Assembly: GCA_018674095.1 (NCBI GenBank)
Contig: JABHAX010000200.1
Coordinates: 1 to 19,972 of the forward strand
Source: Fidelibacterota bacterium
GTDB taxonomy: Bacteria > Fidelibacterota > Marinisomatia > Marinisomatales > UBA1611
Length of the DNA stretch: 19,972 nucleotides
Direction of reading: 5' to 3'
Shown here: one piece after another, positions 5,745 to 13,466 of the stretch
How the letters are laid out: each line of letters begins with the position of its first letter
How positions within the stretch are numbered: position 1 is the stretch's first letter
Position numbers and translations under genes: made by a program
The notes under the pieces: generated by a model
Told to the model about the DNA's origin: nothing
Seen by the model: only the letters and a program-made list of their open reading frames with translations
Databases searched by the model: none

Positions 5745-7322
5745 TTATGTACCTGGATATGGAAACAATTTTTCCAAGGATGTTACTTGTCCATACTGAT
5801 TTCGATATACCACATGATTTCGTTCAAATTGAGAATAATTTTCTAATCCGGCAGCAGCGGCCAATGAATTAAGGCCGGTTCGCATTGTAATTACATAATT
5901 CAAAACACGCCATTTTTTCTCATCGATAACTAAAGCTTTTTGGTGTTCAGGGTCAGTCGTTGCTACACCTACAGGACATTTATTTGTATGACATTTTTCA
6001 GCACCAATACATCCTACAGAAATCATCATTCCTCTGGCAATGTTCACCAAATCTGCGCCCATTGACATGGCAATGGCAATTTTGTCTGGACTAAATAATT
6101 TTCCACTGGCGAAGATTTTAACACGATCACGTACCCCAAACTTTCTTAGTGCATCGTCAGCATATATCAAACCAGATTGGATTGGAAGTCCCATGGTATC
6201 AGCCATTTCTTTATACGTTGCGCCTGAACCACCCTCACCACCATCCACAGTAATAAAATCTGGACCACGCCCAGTTTCAGCCATAAAGCTTGCCAATTCA
6301 TTAGCAGAATCTGGGCCACCCATTACAATTTTAATTCCAACCGGTTTTCCACCATCTTCTCTCATTTTATCTAAAAAATCAAAAAGAGTAGGGAAATCGA
6401 TGAAACTTTTATGTCGATTGGGTGAATCAATATTTTTCCAAGGAGTTACACCACGGATGGCTGCAATTTCTTCATTTACTTTACTTCCCTCTACATGACC
6501 ACCACGAATCTTTGCACCTTGCGCCATCTTGAGCTCAAAACATTTTACATGCGGATTCGTTGCTTTCTCTTTGAATTTCTCCCAATTAAAAGTTCCATCT
6601 TCATTACGAACGCCAAATAATCCTGGACCGATCTGCATAACCACATCGCCACCACCAATTGTGTGATAGGGTGCTAATCCACCTTCACCCGTATTGACCC
6701 AAGATCCAGTTGCCATACCAAGTCCATGACTCATAGCACTAATAGCATTCTGTCCTAACGCACCAAAACTCATGGCACTCATTCCAATGGGACCTCTAAC
6801 ATGCCACGGCTCACGACAATTGGGTCCAATAATAACAGCATCTTCTGGCGTAAGTGTCCATGGCGAAATCTGCACATCTTCCAAATGTTCTTTTCTAGAG
6901 AATAATCCCTCTGTGCCCACATATCGTTTTGTTTGAATTTTTGGCTCTAATGTGATATCCATTTCTTCTGATAATTTTGGAAACATTGAATTTCGGAGAT
7001 ACCAACCCGGTTCTGTAAAATCACGTTTTGATCCGAAGGCAATTAGCGTTTTCATATATTTCCCTGAAATAACTATATTTGCAAAATCGGAACGGCTGAA
7101 TGGTTTGGCTTCTGTATCTCCATCAAACATATATTGTCTTAGTTCTGGCCCCATCATTTCCAAGAAATATCGGATACGACCCAACAAGGGGAAATTCCTT
7201 AGTATAGAATGCTGACTTTGACGAGTATCATGAATATACCAAAACAGAAATAGAATAGGCGGTACAGAAATCATGAACAATACAAGGCTCGTTAAAACTG
7301 TTAATCCAATATCCTGAAACAT
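5745..7322 (-). CDS. FMN-binding glutamate synthase family protein (GltB FMN domain-like) with an N-terminal membrane anchor
   Basis: 525-aa ORF with an N-terminal hydrophobic helix (LTVLTSLVLFMISVPPILFLFWYI). It has the Glu_synthase signature ITVDGGEGGSGA and the 3Fe-4S-type motif C-x5-C-x4-CP (GCIGAEKCHTNKCPVGVATTDP). Confidence 0.9.
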   Translation of the reverse strand: MFQDIGLTVLTSLVLFMISVPPILFLFWYIHDTRQSQHSILRNFPLLGRIRYFLEMMGPELRQYMFDGDTEAKPFSRSDFANIVISGKYMKTLIAFGSKRDFTEPGWYLRNSMFPKLSEEMDITLEPKIQTKRYVGTEGLFSRKEHLEDVQISPWTLTPEDAVIIGPNCREPWHVRGPIGMSAMSFGALGQNAISAMSHGLGMATGSWVNTGEGGLAPYHTIGGGDVVMQIGPGLFGVRNEDGTFNWEKFKEKATNPHVKCFELKMAQGAKIRGGHVEGSKVNEEIAAIRGVTPWKNIDSPNRHKSFIDFPTLFDFLDKMREDGGKPVGIKIVMGGPDSANELASFMAETGRGPDFITVDGGEGGSGATYKEMADTMGLPIQSGLIYADDALRKFGVRDRVKIFASGKLFSPDKIAIAMSMGADLVNIARGMMISVGCIGAEKCHTNKCPVGVATTDPEHQKALVIDEKKWRVLNYVITMRTGLNSLAAAAGLENYSQFERNHVVYRNQYGQVTSLEKLFPYPGT

Positions 7323-7339
7323 AAATTTCTCCTTTTAAA

Positions 7340-8224
7340 TTATTTAACAATCAAAATGGGACAGCTACAATTTTCCATCACATCTAACGGTTTACTGCCG
7401 ATAAAGAATTTTTTAAGTGGAGAACGAGTTGATGCGCCCATTATAATAATATGATTATTTGTAGCAATTTCCACAATGGTATCTGAAGGGTCTCCGACTT
7501 TAAAAATATTTTTTGCATCAATCCCACTTCGCCTTAGAAATTTGGCAGCTCGATGGGCAGCACCCTTATAACCATCCCTGAATTCTTCGTTTTTACTTAC
7601 CGTTAAAATATCGACTCCAATATTAAATGCTTGAGCAACACGAGCTCCATATTTTATAGCACGACTGGTTCCAGGAGAATCATCAACTGCCAATAAAATT
7701 CGATAATCCTGGCTTGGATCAAAATTCTTTACAATAAAAATAGAACTGTCAATGTATTGCACCATATCATGGGCCATTCGACGTTCTCCACTTCCGCCAA
7801 TTATGGTTACATCATACATTTCTGTTTGAACTTCGTCTCGAAGTTCTGCAATAATGTCTCCATTTCGTAAAATAAGATTTACATTATCGCAAACAGTTCC
7901 CTTAAGATATAATTCGCCGCGTCGTCCATCTCTATCCACAAAGGTATTTTTTGGAAACCCTGCTTCAATATGTTGGGGCTCAATAAAATTCTTTTCTGCT
8001 AAATAGGAAAATGCCCACTCCAACACCTCAATTCCAGGACGGTCAAAATCCCAAGATTCCATCCTCTCTCGCGCAAGTCCAACAGCTTTGGTTGAAAATT
8101 CGCTAATCTTTTCACCCACATCTACAATCGTGGTTGATGCGTTAAAAGCTTTAGCGACCTTGATTCCGACTTGAAGTGTTGGTCCAGAGTATTCTTTACT
8201 ACTTACTGCGATTAGAATTTTCAT
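7340..8224 (-). CDS. Tandem universal stress protein (two UspA domains)
   Basis: 294-aa ORF. Two Usp-like halves begin MKILIAVS... and YRILLAVDDS.... The second half has the ATP-binding-type motif MGASTRSPLKKFFIGSKP and ends CPILIVK. Confidence 0.85.
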   Translation of the reverse strand: MKILIAVSSKEYSGPTLQVGIKVAKAFNASTTIVDVGEKISEFSTKAVGLARERMESWDFDRPGIEVLEWAFSYLAEKNFIEPQHIEAGFPKNTFVDRDGRRGELYLKGTVCDNVNLILRNGDIIAELRDEVQTEMYDVTIIGGSGERRMAHDMVQYIDSSIFIVKNFDPSQDYRILLAVDDSPGTSRAIKYGARVAQAFNIGVDILTVSKNEEFRDGYKGAAHRAAKFLRRSGIDAKNIFKVGDPSDTIVEIATNNHIIIMGASTRSPLKKFFIGSKPLDVMENCSCPILIVK

Positions 8225-8245
8225 TACGATAAGTTTAATTCCATT

Positions 8246-9658
8246 TTAGTTGATAAACAGCCAATATGTATTGACATAAATAACGAGCAATATCATTGAC
8301 ATAATGCCTACTTTCCAACCCACTTTTAAAAAATCTACAGCCTTCACCATTCCACTGGAATATACAATTGTGCAGGCTGGAGCGGCTACTGCTGTAAAAT
8401 ATCCAAAGGCAGAAGCGATAGCTGTAACTAGCCCTGAGTGCATGGGATCGCTCCCTATATTTAGCGTTACAGGACCTAATACCGCAACTGTGGCAGAACT
8501 GGAAAGTACATTTGCCAAAGTTGTTGTCATGAGCACTACAATAGCATCAGAAACAAAAGGAAACGTTTCCATTAATTCCCCAAACAAATTAATAACTTGA
8601 TTCGCCAACCAATTTGCTGCGCCAGTTGCTTTAATATTAACACCCAGTGATACGGTTGCGCCAAAAAGAATAATTACGCCCCAATGTGTGTTTCTGTTTA
8701 AATCTTCCCATCTTACAAATCCTCCAATCATATAGGCCAAAACGCCTGTTAGTGCGATGGTACCCAGCCCTATGGATTCACTAAAGAAAACCCACCCAAG
8801 AAAAACCAAAAAGAAAATGAGTGCCGCTACTGTATTTCTACCCGTCATTTTTCTAGATTTGGCAACTTGTATAGCCAGTTTCCGAACACCACTATCTAAT
8901 TGAGAATATTCAGGAATAAAACTTTTTTGTAGAATCCATGCCACAATCGGTATTTGAATTAGAACCATTGGATAAATTTTAATCATCCAATCAATATATG
9001 AAATTGAAAGATTTGCATCCCGAAAATAGCTAATCATAATTGCATTTCTTCCACCGCCTGATGGTGTACCAATCGACCCGACTAGACATCCATAGGCGAT
9101 TGAGAATAAAAGAACGGCAGAAAGGTTGGAAACTTTGTTCGGGTCACTCGACGTAAAACGGATAAGTGTCATCGCAATGGGAAGCATTATTGCAGCAACC
9201 GTATGTTCACCAATAAATGATGATAAAATCGCGGAAATGGCTGTGAACCCAAAAACAATATTTGAAGTTTTATTTCCTGTAAGTTTAATAATGCCTAAGG
9301 CGATTCTTGTATCCCATCCTTGTTTCACAATAGCCACGGCGAGCATGAGTGAGCCCATGATGAAAAAGACTGCATCATTCATAAAAGATTCAGCAATCTC
9401 ATTGGCGGATCCGATACCAAAATACACTTCCATAACGAGTATATACATGGCTATAGCAGGAAGGGGAATCGGCTCAGTTATAATCATCATTAATGCAGTT
9501 ATGACAATTATGATGGTTCGGTAACCTGTAAGGGTTAGTCCCGCTGGAGATGGGAGAAAAAACAGAATTAATCCAATTACCATGGTGATAAGAAACCATT
9601 TTTTCTGGGTAAGCCAGAAAAGAAAATTGGTTAAGGATTGATTTGAAAAGCCTAGCAT
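8246..9658 (-). CDS. SLC13/DASS-type (ArsB/NhaD superfamily) anion permease
   Basis: 470-aa polytopic ORF. Features include ITEPIPLPAIAMY near the N-terminus and the hairpin-tip-like motif IGTPSGGGRNAIM. There is no TrkA-C insert. It lies 27 nt downstream of moaE and 21 nt upstream of the USP gene. Confidence 0.85.
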   Translation of the reverse strand: MLGFSNQSLTNFLFWLTQKKWFLITMVIGLILFFLPSPAGLTLTGYRTIIIVITALMMIITEPIPLPAIAMYILVMEVYFGIGSANEIAESFMNDAVFFIMGSLMLAVAIVKQGWDTRIALGIIKLTGNKTSNIVFGFTAISAILSSFIGEHTVAAIMLPIAMTLIRFTSSDPNKVSNLSAVLLFSIAYGCLVGSIGTPSGGGRNAIMISYFRDANLSISYIDWMIKIYPMVLIQIPIVAWILQKSFIPEYSQLDSGVRKLAIQVAKSRKMTGRNTVAALIFFLVFLGWVFFSESIGLGTIALTGVLAYMIGGFVRWEDLNRNTHWGVIILFGATVSLGVNIKATGAANWLANQVINLFGELMETFPFVSDAIVVLMTTTLANVLSSSATVAVLGPVTLNIGSDPMHSGLVTAIASAFGYFTAVAAPACTIVYSSGMVKAVDFLKVGWKVGIMSMILLVIYVNTYWLFIN

Positions 9659-9685
9659 AAAGATGCGGAATTTAAGAGGTAAAAA

Positions 9686-10102
9686 TTACACGTGAGTACA
9701 TTCACTTGGTATCCTTGATCCATCTTTTAATATGGCCCATTTCCAGATCGGGACCCGCTTTTTGAGTTCTACAATAAAATAATCCATGGCATCTAACCCT
9801 TCCCGGCGATGTTTAGACCAAATAGATATGTGGAGACTGGTTTCACCCACTTCCACTTTTCCAATTCTATGTTGGCAAAATAAATCGTTGATTGGAAACT
9901 TATCACAAACTTCATTTGCCAAATTGATCAATTCAGCTTCTACCATCCCTTCATATTGTTCATACTCAAGAGCAAGAATTTCTTCTCCGTGTTCTGTGGC
10001 ACGAACGCGACCATTAAAAATGAGTTCTGCACCATCTTGGTTTCGATCATCTTCGGATGGGAAAGGTGTAATATGTCCGTTTTTTATTTCTATTTTGATC
10101 AT
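9686..10102 (-). CDS. moaE: Molybdopterin synthase catalytic subunit MoaE
   Basis: Motifs seen: ELIFNGRVR, HRIGKVEVGETSLHISIWSKHRREGLDAMDYFIVELKKRVPIWKW. I use the ATG at 10102. The track's TTG at 10114 lies inside the repeated spacer box GCAATTAAATATG. Confidence 0.9.
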   Translation of the reverse strand: MIKIEIKNGHITPFPSEDDRNQDGAELIFNGRVRATEHGEEILALEYEQYEGMVEAELINLANEVCDKFPINDLFCQHRIGKVEVGETSLHISIWSKHRREGLDAMDYFIVELKKRVPIWKWAILKDGSRIPSECTHV

Positions 10103-10184
10103 ATTTAATTGCAACTAAGGCCCAAAGCAGAAAGGTTTATACAATTTTGCGACTTCTGTACCTTTTGTGTCTATTCTATTTCAA
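10103..10184 (-). repeat. Structured intergenic spacer element, copy A (moaD-moaE spacer)
   Basis: It shares three parts with copy B. The first is a 13-nt box CATATTTAATTGC including the start codon (10100-10112). The second is a 30-nt segment TTGCGACTTCTGTACCTTTTGTGTCTATTC (22/30 identical to copy B). The third is TCTATTCTATTTCAA (10170-10184). It also has a weak hairpin, 10128-10134 with 10153-10158, followed on the minus strand by CUUUGGG. Confidence 0.6.
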
Positions 10185-10423
10185 CCACCCTGAACCGGTG
10201 GAATGAAAGCCACTTCATCTCCATCTTTTATGTCAACTTCATCTAGCATGTATTTCTGATTCACGGCGATTCGTAAAGTAACATCGTCCAATTTCCCATT
10301 CGCTTTTTCGCGAACCATTTTTTCTAGTTGGACCGTGGTTGTTCCTGAATCTAATTCCATATCTAAGACATCTTCCCCTAAAGCATATTTCACTTGAGAA
10401 AAACATTTAATTTTTATTTTCAT
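10181..10423 (-). CDS. moaD: Molybdopterin synthase sulfur-carrier subunit MoaD
   Basis: 80 aa, ubiquitin-like, ending ...FIPPVQGG. I use the ATG at 10423; the track's TTG at 10438 lies inside the repeated spacer box. Confidence 0.9.
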   Translation of the reverse strand: MKIKIKCFSQVKYALGEDVLDMELDSGTTTVQLEKMVREKANGKLDDVTLRIAVNQKYMLDEVDIKDGDEVAFIPPVQGG

Positions 10424-10515
10424 ATTTAATTGCCACAAGGGCTCAAAAACACAATGATATATTTACCATTGTAACTTTTGTGCTTTTTATGGCTATCCAT
10501 TCTATCCTATTTCAA
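10424..10515 (-). repeat. Structured intergenic spacer element, copy B (moeB-moaD spacer, running into the last codons of moeB)
   Basis: It has the same 13-nt start box as copy A (10421-10433). TTGTAACTTTTGTGCTTTTTATGGCTATCC aligns to copy A. TCTATCCTATTTCAA (10501-10515) overlaps the moeB stop codon. The hairpin ACAATG (10451-10456) / CATTGT (10467-10472) is followed on the minus strand by GUUUUUG. Confidence 0.6.
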
Positions 10516-11470
10516 TAATTTCTGTTTGATGATTTTTACCATCATAGATTAATAATTTCCCCAACAAATTGGGTTCAATTCCCACAATCAATTTTACTGC
10601 TTCTAATGCTTGTATATTGCCAATAATATTCGGGAGCATACCCAAAACGCCGGCGTCCGCGCAAGTGTCCCCACCCGATGGTGGGTTTGGAAATAGTTCA
10701 CGATACCCCGGGCTACCATCTACATTTAATACTGCAACCTGACCTTCCCAACGATACAATCCGCCATAAATCATTGGCACATTTGTTTCTTTTGAAAATC
10801 GGTCAATCAATTGTCGAGCGTCAATATTGTCAGTGGCATCAATGACAATATCACAATTTCGAATAATATCCAATCCATTTTGTTCATCCAAATAATCTTC
10901 CACAATTTTAATTGCCGTCACTGAATTAATTTTCTCTAAACTCTCTTTTGCAGAAATGACTTTTCTTTTCCCAATATCGTCTGCTCCATGCAAAGGCTGG
11001 CGATGAAGATTAGACAGTTCTACAATGTCCCCATCTATCAATATCAATTTTCCTACACCAGCAGTTATAAGCGATTGTCCAGCGGGGCATCCCAGTCCCC
11101 CCATACCAACGATAGCTACAGTTGCATTCAATATTTTTTTTTGACCATCCATTCCGACTTCCGGCAAAATAGTTTGCCGAGACCATCGACTTAAATCAAG
11201 CTTTTTGGATTGAAATTCAATCCATGCTTGTGCACCACCCAATAAACTATATGTATCATTTAAATCATTTTCAATAATCATCCTTTCTGTCACAATTCCA
11301 AACTGGCACACCAAAACTTTTTCCCCGACAAGATTGGGCATAATTCCATTTTCAGAAACTATGGTTTCCAATCCATCCATTGGAAATTCAACTCTATGTG
11401 TTGCCGGGCGAACATCGATCACATTGAATTCGTTTATTCGATCATAAAGTTCTTTGGGAGTTATAATCAT
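10502..11470 (-). CDS. moeB: Rhodanese-like domain fused N-terminally to a MoeB/ThiF-type adenylyltransferase
   Basis: The N-terminal ~95 aa look rhodanese-like (VIDVRP..., KVLVCQFG, GGAQAW). They are followed by VAIVGMGGLGCPAGQSLITAGVGKLILIDGDIVELSNLHRQ and CADAGVLG. I use the ATG at 11470, which overlaps the moeA TGA as ATGA; the track's start at 11485 is a GTG. Confidence 0.85.
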   Translation of the reverse strand: MIITPKELYDRINEFNVIDVRPATHRVEFPMDGLETIVSENGIMPNLVGEKVLVCQFGIVTERMIIENDLNDTYSLLGGAQAWIEFQSKKLDLSRWSRQTILPEVGMDGQKKILNATVAIVGMGGLGCPAGQSLITAGVGKLILIDGDIVELSNLHRQPLHGADDIGKRKVISAKESLEKINSVTAIKIVEDYLDEQNGLDIIRNCDIVIDATDNIDARQLIDRFSKETNVPMIYGGLYRWEGQVAVLNVDGSPGYRELFPNPPSGGDTCADAGVLGMLPNIIGNIQALEAVKLIVGIEPNLLGKLLIYDGKNHQTEIIEIG

Positions 11471-12690
11471 TTTATTGATTTCCACGGTAATAATTTCACA
11501 CAGATTTTTTCACCTGCATTTAATGATGATTCGCCGGGTTCAGATGATAAAATACAATTTGCCGCTAAAGATGATGTTAACATATGAGAGCCAACTTTGG
11601 ATGCTGGTTTGCATATCAATTTCCCATTTTCAATCCAGGCATTCCCAAATAAAAAACGTTTTTTAATTTTCTCGCGTGGGAATGACCTTTCCAAAATTCC
11701 TGTTACTTTTTTCGATTCATCTTTACCCATCATGGTTTCAAGCACGGGCCAAGCCCATTCCATAAAACCAATATAAGATGATACCGGATTTCCCGGTAAT
11801 CCAAAAATCAAGGTGGAATTTCCGGTTCCAAAAAAGAGTGGTTTCCCGGGTTTTTGGGCTACTTTCCAAAAATGTTCGGTTACACCCAATTCCAAAAATA
11901 TTTCTCTGACATAATCATATCGCCCCATTGAAACGCCACCGGAAGAGATTACCATATCACAGGATTCTAATGCTTCCGATAAAAATTTTCGAAGTGACTC
12001 TTTATCATCTTTGATTACATTTCGCATGACCAATTCGCCACCAGCTTTTTCTACCAATTCTGCAAACACATATAAATTGAAATTGTAAATCTGTCCTAGT
12101 TTTAATGGATTCCCTGGTTCGATCAATTCATTCCCTGTCCCGAAAATGGCAACTCTCGGTTTTTTAGAGACAGTTACTTTTCCATATCCAAATGTGGCAC
12201 AAGTCCCGATTTCGCTAGGTGTCATTTTTGTGCCTTTCTTAATAAGAATCTCACCTTCTGATATTTCTTCACCCATTCTTCTGATATGTTTTCCGGGTTG
12301 AGCTTCAATCATAATTTGGACAGAATAATCATCAGAAAATCCACTTGAATCTTCTACCATTATGATTGTATCTGCACCCATTGGGATTTGTGCGCCAGTC
12401 ATACATTGAGCGCATTCGCCGGGACCAATTACAACATCCGAAGGCGTACCGGCAGCGCTAACGCTTACCATTTTTAGTGAAACCGGAATTGCTTTTGTTG
12501 CTCCTATTGTATCAGAAGCGCGTACGGCAAAACCATCCATGGCTGAATTATCAAATTGTGGAGATGGAAATGTGGCCACAATATTTTCTGCCAAAATTCT
12601 GTCCCCGCTATTCTTTAAGGAAACCGTCTCTGACCCTAATAAAAATATGTGTTTTTTAACAATCAGCTTTGCTTCTTGAAAGGGGATCAT
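11467..12690 (-). CDS. moeA: Molybdopterin molybdotransferase MoeA
   Basis: 407-aa ORF. Motifs seen: FDNSAMDGFAVR, RRMGEEI, ISSGGVSMGRYDYV, FGLPGNPVSS. It has an ATGA overlap with the upstream TauE-like gene. Confidence 0.9.
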   Translation of the reverse strand: MIPFQEAKLIVKKHIFLLGSETVSLKNSGDRILAENIVATFPSPQFDNSAMDGFAVRASDTIGATKAIPVSLKMVSVSAAGTPSDVVIGPGECAQCMTGAQIPMGADTIIMVEDSSGFSDDYSVQIMIEAQPGKHIRRMGEEISEGEILIKKGTKMTPSEIGTCATFGYGKVTVSKKPRVAIFGTGNELIEPGNPLKLGQIYNFNLYVFAELVEKAGGELVMRNVIKDDKESLRKFLSEALESCDMVISSGGVSMGRYDYVREIFLELGVTEHFWKVAQKPGKPLFFGTGNSTLIFGLPGNPVSSYIGFMEWAWPVLETMMGKDESKKVTGILERSFPREKIKKRFLFGNAWIENGKLICKPASKVGSHMLTSSLAANCILSSEPGESSLNAGEKICVKLLPWKSIK

Positions 12691-13427
12691 AGCATTTCCT
12701 TTAATAAAAATGAAACCGCAATTAATATGATGATGCCCATAATCCTTTGAATCGTTTTTGGATTATACTTCACTGAACCAAAATACGATCCTGCAAATCC
12801 GCCAATTAGAACTGCGCCGATTAAGGGTAACATGAAATCTAAATTAAAGGTACCCGATTGGTATCTTGCCATAATCCCAACCAATGAATTTGCCCAAATG
12901 AACATGGCGCCCGCGGCTGCCGCTTCTTTTTCTGTTCCAAGCCCAAACATAATTATTAGCGGAACAAGATATATTCCACCACCAATTCCCACTGCTCCTG
13001 CAATAAATCCGAGCGCTGCCCCAATCCCAAAGGTCATAACCCATTTTTGTGTATACGATAATTGATATGAAAGAGTCAATCCATTGATGATATAAATCCG
13101 TGCCACCACCAATAATAATGTGCTCATGAGAATAATTTGAAAAATGAATTCCGGTATATCAAGTGAACCGCCAAGATATGCCATGGGGATTGATGTGATG
13201 AGAAAGGGACCAACCAAATTTAATCGGCCATATCCATTGCGCCAAAAATTGATCATTCCAATAAAAGTTACGACCAAATTTAGAGTCAATGATGTGGTGG
13301 GAATCATGATATAACTCACACCCATTATCGCCATGATGGCAGTATAAGATGAGCCACCACCTAATCCTACCGAAGAGTAGATGAAGGCGACAAAGAGAAA
13401 TAATATGGGTAATAAATATTCAGTCAT
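12687..13427 (-). CDS. TauE/SafE (DUF81) family anion permease
   Basis: 246-aa ORF, about 7-8 TM segments. Glycine-rich repeated motifs occur in both halves (VGLGGGSSYT and VGIGGGIYLVPL), as is typical of DUF81. Confidence 0.85.
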   Translation of the reverse strand: MTEYLLPILFLFVAFIYSSVGLGGGSSYTAIMAIMGVSYIMIPTTSLTLNLVVTFIGMINFWRNGYGRLNLVGPFLITSIPMAYLGGSLDIPEFIFQIILMSTLLLVVARIYIINGLTLSYQLSYTQKWVMTFGIGAALGFIAGAVGIGGGIYLVPLIIMFGLGTEKEAAAAGAMFIWANSLVGIMARYQSGTFNLDFMLPLIGAVLIGGFAGSYFGSVKYNPKTIQRIMGIIILIAVSFLLKEML

Positions 13428-13430
13428 TTA

Positions 13431-13461
13431 TGACCACAGAGACATTGAGACACCGAGAAAA
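13431..13461 (+). repeat. Left copy of the 31-nt direct repeat flanking the GxxExxY gene
   Basis: TGACCACAGAGACATTGAGACACCGAGAAAA. 25 of 31 positions match 13857-13887, and an 8-9-nt ACAnnGAG periodicity is visible. It begins 4 nt from the TauE start codon. Confidence 0.7.
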
Positions 13462-13466
13462 ACAAA

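Noticed and set aside
6040-6498. 152-aa plus-strand ORF. The same applies to the other plus-strand ORFs at 629-817, 968-1159, 3973-4206, 4312-4530, 5344-5643, 6952-7215, 8304-8600, 9126-9524, 9786-10118, 10988-11194, 12477-12659, 12832-13065, 14038-14316, 14642-14894, 15170-15352, 16184-16497, 17142-17417, 17540-17927, 18175-18387 and 18743-18979.
   Set aside because: Each lies entirely antisense to a long minus-strand gene with clear family motifs. The translations are low-complexity, with Ser/Pro/Ile-rich mirror composition, and show no recognisable motifs or ribosome-binding sites. These are typical shadow ORFs.
10103-10114. TTG-initiated N-terminal extensions of moaE (to 10114) and moaD (to 10438) as given in the ORF track
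   Set aside because: Both extensions read ..QLN from the same repeated box GCAATTAAAT that precedes an in-frame ATG. The ATG gives family-typical N-termini (MIKIEI.., MKIKIKCF..). Identical 'coding' extensions in two unrelated proteins are better explained as shared non-coding spacer.
11471-11485. GTG start at 11485 for the rhodanese-MoeB gene
   Set aside because: The in-frame ATG at 11470 forms an ATGA overlap with the moeA stop, the same coupling seen at tauE/moeA. The GTG would need a 19-nt overlap. The choice stays uncertain without proteomic or ribosome-profiling data.
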